A stretch of DNA of 64,000 nucleotides from Eukaryota sp. TZLM1-RC (lineage: Eukaryota > Protista > Metamonada: BaSk clade), in contig JAUPSS010000004.1 in the NCBI GenBank assembly GCA_040285825.1, forward strand, positions 3,204,550-3,268,549, written 5' to 3'. Under the pieces are notes generated by a model. That model did not search any database. It saw only the letters and a list, made by a program, of their open reading frames with translations, and was not told the DNA's origin. This document shows, piece by piece, positions 13,257 through 24,492 of the stretch. Every line of letters starts with the position of its first letter. Positions within the stretch are counted from its first letter, which is position 1. Made by a program: the position numbers and the translations under genes.

Positions 13257-13624
13257 TTGGTTGATCAGACCATATTTTGCAAAAATTTTTGTAAACGGAA
13301 ATAGTTTAGAGATTGATTACACAAGTACCTTGTGAATTGAACAAAGGCCCCTAATTTCATTTCCCTAGTTTTCATACAGGTTAATGAATTGTTAATGACC
13401 TAAGATCACTAAATAAATAAGCCATAAATAAATGTTACAACAGTTTTCTGAAAAGCGAATATCTAAGATACCGAGTGCGAGTGCATATTGCGTTCTTTCA
13501 GTCATTCAAACTCGGTAGAGCGCGATATATCTTATACAGTTTACCAGTGTTGTATCACGTAGGGTGATCTCAGCATTTCAGTCAATAGCCAATTGATAAG
13601 TGTTTCCCAAAATATGTATGTAAT

Positions 13625-13898
13625 GGTTTTTGGTTCACTTGCACCAACTGCTTTACGTTTTTTGGATGATTTTGAAATGATTGTAAAGAGAAGAACTGGC
13701 AGAAATTTCAACAGATTGTTTTGGCAAAATAGAATTGTGTTTTCTATTTTTAAGGGGATGTTGAAGATGGTTTCTGATGCTTTGCTTTCTCTTGGATCTC
13801 ACTATGAGAGAGTTGCATCTAGTGTTTTTGTTTTGGGAGAGATGGATTTTTTAGATGTTGATTTATAGGTTTAGAATAAAATTAAATTTTAAAAAAAA
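13625..13898 (+). mobile_element. Short family C insertion with poly(A) and ~16-bp TSD
   Basis: Same peptide as the 3' part of 12520-13227; AAAATATGTATGTAAT at 13609-13624 and 13895-13910. Confidence 0.92.
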
Positions 13899-13912
13899 TA
13901 TGTATGTAATTA

Positions 13913-14525
13913 TTTTTTTTATAAACTGAAATGTATTTTCAACGCTAACAAAACATTAAACAAAAAACTAGAACTCAATATCCTCAATACACGCATCAAC
14001 ATCATCAAATCTTTTCAGCGCGCGATTTTTATACTCTATTCCTAATTGTAACAGTGCTTTGGTCAACATTTCTGGAATTGCTTTAAGAATACTAAAAACA
14101 ATTCTATTGTGCCAGAAATTGAAGTTCAATTCTTTTCCTGTTCTTTCTTTTATTAAACTTCTGAAACCTTCAAGAAATTTAATGCCAGATATTCCAATGT
14201 TACCAAAAAGAGAAACAGCAAATGGAACCAACTGATACTTGACATGCTCAACACGTCCTAGCTGAGATAAGGGTTCATTGTACTTTTTGATTTTGCTCTT
14301 TTCAGCAAAGCAAAGTGGAGTTTCATCTCTTTTAGCAAAATCAATTGCTGAGTCTTTACAAACATCAACAGTAACAACATCAACAACTTTAATAACACCA
14401 TCAGACGCAGGGGTAATTAAATCAGCACGGCGTTTCCCAAAAGTATTTTCATCTTCATTTTCAGATGACAACCTTCGCACAAGTGGTTCAACAAAAGCTT
14501 CAATGTGATGACTTTTGCACATAGC
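13913..14525 (-). mobile_element. 5'-truncated RLE non-LTR retroelement, family D, with poly(A) and 13-bp TSD
   Basis: EPLV, RRADL, VDVVTVD, AEKSKIKKY, PFAVSLFG; T-run 13913-13920; GTATGTAATTATT at 13902-13914 and 14526-14538. Confidence 0.9.
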
Positions 14526-15049
14526 GTATGTAATTATTGAAGGGCAATCCAATCTTGAGGGTTGAACTCAGTACTTAATTCTATTTAACAGATTTTTGCC
14601 TCACCAACGGAGGTTCTGGTCACAGAGTTCTATATGTACGAAACCTCAAGTAAGTCGATCAGGAGAATCGGCGATGATAAAGACATTGATAAAGGGTACC
14701 GGGTACGGATTTTTACCAAAGCGCCCTTTGAACAAAAGGACAAATGGACTACAAATGTTGTCAATTGTAATGAAAAAAACACAATAACAAGATACTGTTT
14801 ATAAATGTGCTTATGGCGTAGGCCAACTATGAATAGATTTTGTTAGTCATTAAAAATGAACTAATTCCTAAGATCAACAGTCCTTCCGTCTTTGTTTTTT
14901 TGATTTTGAATTTTGCTACCGCTTCCCAAATGTTGTTGATTTACTTAATTCTTCAAATAATAATTATTTTACAGACCCTGAAAATGCTTCCAATTGTTTG
15001 CCCCAGATATTTGGAGTAAATGCTTTTCCGAAAATGTACAGGTAACACC

Positions 15050-15600
15050 TAGAACGCTAGAAAATTTGAGGTATTGTGTTAAAAATTGTAACAAAAATTA
15101 ACAATAATTTTTGTAGGCTTGTATTTTAATGCTCGTCTTGGCTCGGCCAAAAAAGATAATTTCGCTATCCGAAATTGTCGTTTAGATGTCCACAACAGTT
15201 CCTCTCCGTGTTGAAGCAAATTGTTTGGTTATACCAAAACAGCAAAAACGCATGTTTGATAACAATTCCTTGTTTTTTTAAAATAAGTCCATAGACAGAG
15301 GGAATTTGAGTAACTCAAGCAGCATCAGGAAATTAGGAATGTTTTTTGAAAAAATTGCGAAAGCGGGATTTTGAGTTCTGCTTAAGCCAAGTCTTACTTC
15401 ATAATCCAAGCTTTCATAAAATTTAACCAGATGGTGATGAAGCTTTTTCAAACAAAAACATAATATTGGGAGTGATCGGTTGGGAATTTTTTGAACATTC
15501 TGAGGAAAACACTGAATCCAGATATCACTGGCCACATTATCAAATTCCAATTGAAGTTGATTTAAGTAAAAATTAAATTAATTCTCTTTCCAAGATGACC
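15050..15600 (-). mobile_element. Old internal fragment of an RLE non-LTR element
   Basis: WIQCFPQNVQKIPNRSL...LKKLHHHL...NPAFA parallels WQSCFPISIQEIPDRSL...LKKLQRHL...NPAFA of family B. Confidence 0.65.
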
Positions 15601-16491
15601 AAAAATACAGTTTTATCGCTTCAATCTAAGGTTCGAACACACCGCCACACGTGTGACTTCGTTAGAACTTTACACTAAGCCGATGTTGAGAATAACATTA
15701 TCACTGATGAATCTTCGGATGTTATATTCAATAGTTTTTTGATCAAAAAAAGTGCTTTTTTCCGTTTGTGTAATTGATGTGGGAAACAAACTGATAACAC
15801 TGGTCGTTTCGAGATCAAGTGTGGACTAGGCATTAAAGGATCAGTAGTAATTGCAGAAATTCACACTGTGTGATTTTCCTAGCACACGCATGGCATTTTT
15901 CACCACACGTGTGACTTCGAACCTTACTTCAATCTTCGGAATCAATGTCATCAAAATAGGAGACTGATAAACCTTTGCAAGACGTGCATCAGGTTTAAAG
16001 GGTAATTTTGCAAGATTTTCTCTCACAAACTGAAAACAAATACTAATACCATAAGGTACTGCGTAATTATTGAATTTAAATCCGTTCTTTTGGAAAAAAT
16101 CATAGCTTTGGTGTTTGTACCTCAATGAGAGTTTTGTTGATTGTGCATCGGGTTGTCCATATCACATTTCACCACATAATTTTGTACTTTTTAAGTTGAG
16201 GTCTATTACGTAGATTTTTACATTGTTACATTTGATTGTAAGGCTTCACTAATATTTCCCTCTTCTGTTAAGTGAACATCAATATTGTTGGTTTCAATAA
16301 CAATTGAACAAATAAGAGGAGGATTATAGGTAGGTGCATTTTGATGAAGGACACGAGCAGCAATAAAGGGTGCCTTCTTAACCTTTTTCTTCTTTCCACA
16401 AATACCATCAATTCAATTCACCATTAATTCGAATTCTGCAATGCTTTGACATTTGAAACTGAATATTCAGGTGCAACTAAGTTTTCAAAAT

Positions 16492-18280
16492 CTCTGGGCT
16501 CCTGAGGCAGCTCGCTACTACCATTCCTCTCAACAAACCTTTTCTTTGTTGAACATTCGACAGAAATCGGAAATTGTCGAATGTTTCTCAAGGACTTCGA
16601 AAAACTTCTTTACTCTTTAATTTTGTTGTACTGGGCTCTAGGCTGTATTGAGGTCAAAAATGAATCTGTTCGAATTTGGGATAGTGTTGAAGGTTCCTGT
16701 TGCAGCCTTATTTGATAATCTATGCCGTCCATAGAACGATCCCTAGAGTTTTGAGAGGGAGGTAAGCGATAACGGTGAGATTGTGGGAAATGGTCAGGAC
16801 AGAAGGCACCTTGACCAGACCACCAAGATGGTGTAATCGATGAGGACCTAAACATTGTGCTGAAGTAAAACAAAGACAGTGGTTAAATTGAAAATATTGA
16901 GACGAATGTTGAGAATAAGGTAAGTGAGAAGGGTGAGAGCCAAAAGCGGGACGCGTTCTGGAAAAATGGGAGTATCCTGTGTAGGGACTTGAGTCACTGG
17001 GATAATTCGTTGAAGCTTTAGGGAGATTTTGGCAATATGATTTTAGAACAAAAGTTCGTAATTCAATTTAATTCAATTTAAATTGAAGTGTCCGTCAACA
17101 AGAAAACGGAAAACTCAATGATCATAATAAACAAAAGTTATTTCAGCATCTCTGAAAAATACGCTTCGTTATGTGCGTTGAATTCCTTTGAAATCAGTGG
17201 TGGGTTCACCGATGCCTGTGAATTGAATCACAATATTGATTTCTTATCTAAATTCCCATCAATGTTTGCTGCCAGGAATTAACAGTTTATCGAATTTCTT
17301 GGGCAAAGGGTTTGTTCAAATAAAAAACATAAAATAAAAAAAATAAAATCTTCATCTTGCTGTGGTGAAATTGCAGCAGTCTGTTCTTATTGGTTTTGAA
17401 GACATGGATTTTTCTAAACGACTTATTGTGACTAAGATTAATAATCCCGTCTTTGCTGCCTTTTTATCAGACATTCAGAACTGCACTAGTTTAATATCTC
17501 AGCAACCAAGGCCATTTGGTCTTCACTTAACAAATGAAGCTTGGAAACAAAACATGCGGTTGAGATTAGGGATGTATCCAAGTGGTCTTTTGGACAATTC
17601 TTATTGTATTTGTAACAAAAAACCTACTGCCAATTTTCGTCATATTGTGAGCTGTAAGAAATTTCTCCAATATAGGTCAGTTCTTCATAATGCCGTTCGT
17701 GATGTGACATATGAGATGTTCAAGTGTTACAATTTTAGTTGCAAAGTAGAACCTTTGTTGAAGCATTATAGTGATGATAATCTTTTTAATTCACGTCGAG
17801 GTGATTTAATTGCTCCTTTTGTGGATTCCTCTCAAGTTGTTGTTGATTTCACTACAGTTGATCCCTTTGCTTTTGTTTATCGCGATGATGTTTTACTTAG
17901 TACTAATGGTCATTTAAACAAGGCTGAAGATCGTAAGAGAGATAAATATACTGAGATATTAAATGATTTAAATAAGAACCTTTATTCGAAGTTCTCGTTT
18001 GTTCTTTTTGCCTTTTCGATTTTTGGCAATATTGGACAATCCGCCTTGAATTTCATTTATGATTTTGGTAATTTATGTCGTTCAAGTGGTAAGTATTTTG
18101 CAGGGAATTTATGGAAGAATCGTATCATTTTCGCTTTTTACAGAAGTGTTCCCAAGTACTTGAGTTTAATGATGTCCAATCTTTATAAGGATTCATCAAG
18201 AGTTGGCGTGGAAAAATTTAGTTTCTTATGTGTTTTAGTTTGTTTTGTTGTTATTTGATTCTTCGTAGAAAATAATATAA
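16492..18280 (+). repeat. ~1.8-kb direct duplication, copy 1 (copy 2 at 28813-30595)
   Basis: Constant offset of 12321 bp (ORFs 16610-16873 and 28931-29194); starts ctctgggctcctgaggcag. Confidence 0.95.
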
Positions 18281-18310
18281 TATTTTTATAAAAAATTAAA
18301 TAAAAAAATA
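17349..18310 (+). mobile_element. 5'-truncated RLE non-LTR retroelement, family A
   Basis: 298-aa frame with zinc motif and RLE (HNAVRD, RRGDL, DFTTVDP, AEDRKRDKY); A-rich tail. Confidence 0.9.
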
Positions 18311-18647
18311 GATTTATGTTTGTAATACAAACATAAATCTACAAACTTTGTATGGTCCTCTTAATTTGCGCCATTACCACTCATCATCATCTTGAAATGT
18401 TTTTGAAAAGCTGCCTGTACTGGCACATTGGTAGTTTGTTCTGATAATCTTCAGTTAGTACACATTTCACGACTGATGGTGTTCAGATTCAATTCACTCG
18501 TTTTTCTTTTGTAATAAATTAATCTCCACATACACACATGAAAGAAATCAACCAATGGAGCTAAAAAACATAAGTGCAGATTTTTATTTAAATAAGAAGA
18601 TTACATTTATCACCCAAAAAGTGTTCAAAAACACCATACAAAACAAC

Positions 18648-19031
18648 CTAGATTTCTTGAGAAGCTTGTTCTTCGGCTTCAACACGAGCCTTGGATCCCT
18701 TGGGAAGGAGATCGGAATGAATATGAGGAAGGACACCACCAGAGGGAATCATGATGTGGGACAAGAGCTTGCTGAGTTCTTCATCATTACGGATAGCCAA
18801 GAGAATGTGTCTGGGGACAATACGGGTCTTCTTGTTATCTCTAGCAGCGTTACCAGACAATTCAAGAACCTCAGCGGTGAGGTATTCGAGCACAGCAGCC
18901 ATATAGACGGGAGCGCCAGCTGCAATACGTTCAGCATAGCGACCTTCACGGAGGTAACGACGGATACGACCTACAGGGAATTGGAGTCCAGCTTTGAAGG
19001 AGAGAGTACGAGCACCAGTTTCTTCAGCCAT
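18648..19031 (-). CDS. H2A: Histone H2A with H2A.X-type SQEI C-terminus
   Basis: AGLQFPVGR...[14 protein letters not shown]...RNDEEL; ATG at 19031. Confidence 0.97.
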   Translation of the reverse strand: MAEETGARTLSFKAGLQFPVGRIRRYLREGRYAERIAAGAPVYMAAVLEYLTAEVLELSGNAARDNKKTRIVPRHILLAIRNDEELSKLLSHIMIPSGGVLPHIHSDLLPKGSKARVEAEEQASQEI

Positions 19032-19180
19032 GAGAGATAAATTAATGAGAAAAAGGAAATAGAATTTCAATTCCAACACGACAATTTTGATTGTTGCAAG
19101 GTTGTCATTTGTGGCAAAACATTGAATCAGCTTGTTTTTGCTGCAAAAACTGAATCTCGATCACCATTTCTATCAATCTC

Positions 19181-19615
19181 ATGCCTGGAAAAAAGTCTGT
19201 CAAGTCTACCAAATCCATCAAGGGAGTTCCATCCAAAGCCCCATCAAAGGCCCCCGCCAAAGCTGTAAGCAAGGCTGTTGCTGAAGGAGGTGCTGTCGCT
19301 GCTGCCCCCAAGCGTAAGAAGGCCCGTAAGGAGACATGGGCTACTTATATTTACCGTGTCCTTCGTCAAGTCCATCCCGATACTGGTATCTCCACTAAGG
19401 CCATGGGAATCATGAACTCTTTTGTCAATGACATTTTTGAACGTATCGCCACTGAAGCTTCCCGTCTTGCTCGTGTTAACAAGAGAAATACTCTTTCTTC
19501 TCGTGAGATTCAGACTGCTGTTAGATTATTGCTACCTGGTGAACTCTCCAAGCATGCTGTTTCTGAAGGAACCAAGGCTGTTACCAAGTTTACCTCTGCT
19601 GGTGAAGGTGAATAG
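19181..19615 (+). CDS. H2B: Histone H2B
   Basis: [16 protein letters not shown]...[30 protein letters not shown]. Confidence 0.98.
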   Translation: MPGKKSVKSTKSIKGVPSKAPSKAPAKAVSKAVAEGGAVAAAPKRKKARKETWATYIYRVLRQVHPDTGISTKAMGIMNSFVNDIFERIATEASRLARVNKRNTLSSREIQTAVRLLLPGELSKHAVSEGTKAVTKFTSAGEGE

Positions 19616-19998
19616 ATTTGTGGTATTTGATAGTGTTTTTCAACACTGGATAAATTTGTTTTTTATTGTGTTTTAATTTAAAATGTTTATTGATGTTTTC
19701 ATCAGGATTGAAGGTTTGGGGGAAACGCAAATGGCAATTGTTTAACCAAATTGGGATTTGCTAAACCTGTTGGTCCTAAACAGAACCCAAATTGAATATT
19801 TCAATAGTTCCATATAGGAGAACAGCTAGGTGCACATCTAATGAAGAACGACAACAAAGCCAATAGTCTAGACAACCAAACCACCAAAAACTAACCATCC
19901 AACAATAGCAAATGATAATTGATTCTCGCAAGACATTTTCCCTGCTCTGAATTTCTGCTCAATTACAATGCAGAATGACATAATCCTGATCTACACTA

Positions 19999-20406
19999 AT
20001 GGCCCGTACTAAGCAAACCTCTCGCAAGACTACCTCCACCAAGACTCCTAGAAAGCATTTGGCTACCAAGGCTGCTCGCAAAGCTGCCCCTGCTACTGGT
20101 GGTATCAAGAAACCCCATCGTTATCGCCCTGGTACGGTTGCTCTCCGTGAAATCAGAAAGTACCAAAAGTCTACTGAGCTCTTGATCCGCAAGCTTCCCT
20201 TCCAACGTTTGGTCAGAGAAATTGCTCAAGAATTTAAGGGTGAGTTGAGATTCCAAGCCTCTGGCATCTCTGCACTTCAAGAAGCTGCCGAAGCTTACCT
20301 TGTTGGTTTGTTTGAAGACACCAATCTCTGTGCTATCCACGCTAAACGTGTTACCATTATGCCCAAGGATATGGCCTTGGCTAAGAGAATTCGTTCTGAT
20401 TTTTAA
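19999..20406 (+). CDS. H3: Histone H3
   Basis: MARTKQT...[17 protein letters not shown]...[11 protein letters not shown]. Confidence 0.98.
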   Translation: MARTKQTSRKTTSTKTPRKHLATKAARKAAPATGGIKKPHRYRPGTVALREIRKYQKSTELLIRKLPFQRLVREIAQEFKGELRFQASGISALQEAAEAYLVGLFEDTNLCAIHAKRVTIMPKDMALAKRIRSDF

Positions 20407-20779
20407 TTGTGCTTTATAGTTGTGGTGTTCTTCAATACTCAACTTTTGAATAAATTTAGATTTCAATTTTGTTTCGTTTAAAATATCATTACACAAAATA
20501 AATGGCAAAAAAAGACAGCTACTATGCTTGTTAATTTTGTCGGTTTATCAACTACAGCAGCATTGCATACACTGCTGAATCATCAATATGCGTTTCTGGC
20601 CTTTCAGCACCAACATTGTCCTAATTACACAGACCATGACATCAACCAAGTTGAAGAACCCTGAAACCCAACATTCACCATTGACAAACAAGAATTAATC
20701 CTGGCAAGACAATTTGTAAAATCAAACTCAAATTCCCAAACTCCTTTCAAATCTTGTATTCTTATCTTCATCGATCTCA

Positions 20780-21091
20780 ATGGCTGGCCGTGGAAAAGGT
20801 GGAAAAGGTTTAGGTAAAGGTGGTGCCAAGCGCCATAGAAAGGTTCTTCGTGAAAACATCCAAGGTATTACTAAGCCTGCTATTCGTCGTCTTGCTCGCC
20901 GTGGTGGTGTCAAGCGTATCTCTGCACTTATCTATGATGAAACCCGTACTGTTCTCCGTACTTTCCTCGAAAACGTGATCCGTGACTCTGTTACTTATTG
21001 TGAACATGCCAGAAGGAAGACTGTTACTGCCATGGATGTTGTCTATGCTTTGAAACGTCATGGACGTGTTTTGTATGGTTTTGGTGTTTAG
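20780..21091 (+). CDS. H4: Histone H4
   Basis: [22 protein letters not shown]...[13 protein letters not shown]. Confidence 0.98.
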   Translation: MAGRGKGGKGLGKGGAKRHRKVLRENIQGITKPAIRRLARRGGVKRISALIYDETRTVLRTFLENVIRDSVTYCEHARRKTVTAMDVVYALKRHGRVLYGFGV

Positions 21092-21465
21092 GTTTTCTTT
21101 TTTAAGTGTTTGTTAACACAATAAACTTGCTTTTTTTCTCTAATGTTATATACAAATATCTATAGAGAAGAGTCAATGATCGTTCATTCATGATCGTAAA
21201 TTACCAAGCAGTGAAGGAGACCTCACAATGCGACTCAAAGAATGCCGAAGCTGTGGTAATGGGAATAGCAGTAGTTTTGAGCGGGTATTTACAAACTTAA
21301 TCACTATCAAAAATTCTGTTGCCTGCACAGTTCTTACTGCTACTGATCCATATCATTAATAATCTCTGGGCCCTGCTGATAGTAGCACATGCTTTCTGTT
21401 GATTATCCCACTACAAATGAATCTCATATGTCCGAATTTGAACAATCGGATGCACCATCATCTGT

Positions 21466-23825
21466 ATGACATCTCAAACCTCATCTCAGCGCTTTCTTTC
21501 TGTTTTCTTTCAACATGGCAAACTTGGAGTCGCAACTTTCGATCTAGGAAGCAACGAACTTCTTGTAGTAGAAACACCAGAGACCACAGACTTTCCCAAT
21601 CTTACCCTATGTACGTGTCCTAGACTACTCATCTCAGTGAAGTTTCAAATAAACCCTACCACCGTCCTGTGCTCTTCATCTGCCAACGAACAACTTGTCT
21701 CTGTGTGCTCTGCTCCACTTAACGATGATCAAGATCACAGTGTTGATGTGGTAAGGCTCAAATCACAGGAGTTTTCCGTTAGTGGTGCTCTAAAGTATCT
21801 CAAGGAAACTGAATTTCTTGAACTTCCTAGTAGGATATTACCTGATGAAAGGTTGATCTCTCTGGCACATGTCATTGACTTTAACTCAGTGTCTCTAATG
21901 AGTGCACTATCTGGGTTACTATTCCATATTCAGAATAATGTATTGTTTTCCGAAACTCTTCGTGTTGCAAAGATATCTAATTTGTTATTGGAAGGGTCAA
22001 TGTTTATTGATTTAAATACGATGAAATCATTACAAATACTACCAAATAGATCTTCCTTACATACTACCTCGTTATTAGAAATGTTCTCTAATACCAACAC
22101 TCCAATGGGTATGTTTTCTCAATTATTAGAGTTTGTCTCATCTTAGGTAAAAGATTAATGGAAATTTGGTTTAATCGGCCATTAAATGATTCAGAAATAC
22201 TACAAAACAGGCAAAACATCATTGAATTGTTAAAATCTCCACATTTTCATCCCCTTATTACTCAATTAACTCAATCATTGAAAATGATCAAAGATTTGCC
22301 CAAAATCACTATTAAAATACGATCAAACAATGTGTCTGTCAAAGAATATCTTGGGTTACTTTCATCGTGTGTGGGCTTGAGTAACACTTCGCAAATACTT
22401 AATTCTGTCCATTTTGCGGATTGTAAATTATTTAGTGAACTACACTCTTTACTGCCAATATTTTGTGATGTTCACACATTGATTGATAATATCTTTGATG
22501 GACCAGAATCGTCTAAATCAGGAAGATTTTGTGCTCAGGTTGGGATTTCTGAACAACTTGACCAGTTAAAGTATAGTTATGAAACATTGGAAGATATTTT
22601 GACTCAAGCAGCTCACAATGAACTCAATGAATTACCTATAAGCTGCCCTGTTTCAAAGTTAAATGTGGTATACTACCCCCAATTAGGATATCTGGTTGCT
22701 GTTGATAATAGTGAAGCTTCAGAGGTTCCTGCGCATTTTGAACTTCAGTTTAGTACCTCTGATTTTCATTATTTTAAAACTTCAAAATGTAGAACTTTAG
22801 ATGAAGAAATGGGTGATATTCACGGCTCTATTATTGATACAGAGGCTGAAATAGAACGTGAACTTTTAGAATCACTAGCAGAATATGTTCCATCTTTACT
22901 TCAAAGTAGCAGTATTATTGCAGAAATTGATTGTCTTTTGGTAATGGCCAGCATAGCAGTTGAGAATAGATATTGCAAGCCAGAATTGGTAACTGACAAT
23001 GTGATTGAAATAACAGAAGGAAGGCATCCTTTAGCGGAATCTTGCTTGGATGTTTTTGTTCCAAATTCAACTAGGTTATCACCACATACACATTCAATGC
23101 AAGTTATTACTGGACCAAACTATAGTGGTAAAAGTATTTATCTTAAACAAATAGGTTTGATAGTGTTCATGGCCCAAATTGGATCTTTTGTTCCTGCAAA
23201 AAGTGCCAAAATTGGTTTAGTTGACTTAATTGACTCTAGAATCAGGACAGATGATTCAATGAATGTTGTTGAAAGTTCTTTCATTTTAGATTGTCAGCAA
23301 GTGGCTGGAATGTTGAAAAACGCAACGAATCGATCTTTGTTATTACTAGACGAATTCGGAAAGGGAAGTGATACAGTAGATGGAGCAGCTTTAATGGGTG
23401 GGATTTTAAATAGTTTTATTAAAAAGCAAGAAAATCCTTTCTTAATTGCAACCACCCACTTCACTGAATTAATAATGGGGAATTATTTACAAAAATCGCC
23501 TCGATTACAATTTCTAAGAATGGATGTGCATTCAGAAAAAGAAGAAACTTCTCCATTAGGACGAAAGATTTCCTATTTGTACAAAGTGGTCCCTGGGCAT
23601 AGTTATGATTCTTTTGCTCTACATTGCGCTTTACGGTCGGGGTTACCAGAAGATATTGTCAATCGGGCTAGTGAACTATCTCACTCTTTCAGACACAATC
23701 ACACTATTCAACCCTTAACTTCTCAAAAACCGAAGTGTTTGAAAATTTGCTCTGCGTTATTGGATTTTGATCTCGAAAAGGGGAAAATCAATGATTTTAT
23801 ACGATCACTATCTACTTTAAAATGA
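21466..23825 (+). CDS. MSH5: Meiotic MutS homolog 5; intron 22109-22146 and probable in-frame intron 21611-21637
   Basis: ITGPNYSGKSIYLKQIGLIVFMAQIGSFVPA, LLDEFGKGSDTVDG, VVYYPQLGYL, THF; no N-terminal mismatch-binding domain seen; splicing gives TPMGKRLMEIW. Confidence 0.88.
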
Positions 23826-24082
23826 GATGTATTTTATTTAAAGAGAATAGTGTATTTATGGAATGTTCGGAAGGTCAACTGTTGGTATTGTTTCTCCTTT
23901 TTGCAAATACAATAATGATTACTCCCTGAGTATACATGAACCATTAACTAACTCTTCCCCAGATGTATTTCCTTTTTGTTGAGAAATTGCAAATAAAATA
24001 AAAGCTCGTTTCACCGGAAAAGTCAAAATTTATAGTGTTTTGATTTCAAAGAATTATCCAGGTTTTGCTTATGCTCATCACA

Positions 24083-24120
24083 GATATTTGATATTTGATA
24101 TTTGATATTTGATATTTGAT
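24083..24120. repeat. (GATATTT)5 heptamer tandem repeat
   Basis: Read directly; abuts the 3' end of a family E fragment. Confidence 0.9.
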
Positions 24121-24123
24121 CAG

Positions 24124-24370
24124 TATTTATTGAATTTGCACACTTAATTAAATTATCTCATAACTAATGGGACGACTATCATTGAACCAAGATTTCCTCT
24201 ACAACATCTTGATCTGCTTGCTGTCTAGCTAAAGCTTCTCTTATTTGATCAGTCCAATCACAGTAAATATCACCTCTATCATCAGCATCAAAATTATTCA
24301 ATGAGAGTGTTTCTCTTGGCAAAGGCTCCTTAATACAATAGATTCTTGCGTTTCTTGCCATGTTAGAAAT
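24124..24370 (-). mobile_element. Internally deleted 3' fragment of family E element
   Basis: IKEPL...DDRGDIYCDW fused to IREALARQQADQDVVEEILVQ* plus the conserved 3' UTR. Confidence 0.8.
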
Positions 24371-24492
24371 CAAAAAAATGAAAATGGAATTAATCCTCAG
24401 TTAACAATGAATGACACTCATGTTTGTCATTCAACTGACAGATTAAACCCTTATCTCCAATCTTGTTTCGTCCACACATCAATTGTTCAACA

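Noticed and set aside
15625-15935. Repeated palindromic CCACACGTGTGACTTCG at ~15645 and ~15903
   Set aside because: Only two short copies; not enough to define an element or site
18555-21061. Long antisense ORFs over the histone genes (also 44430-46871) and over CCT2
   Set aside because: Shadow frames expected from codon bias in conserved genes; no independent motifs
19615-21140. Metazoan-type histone 3' stem-loop
   Set aside because: Not seen; 3' ends carry GT-rich tracts and A(A/G)TAAA-like signals consistent with polyadenylation
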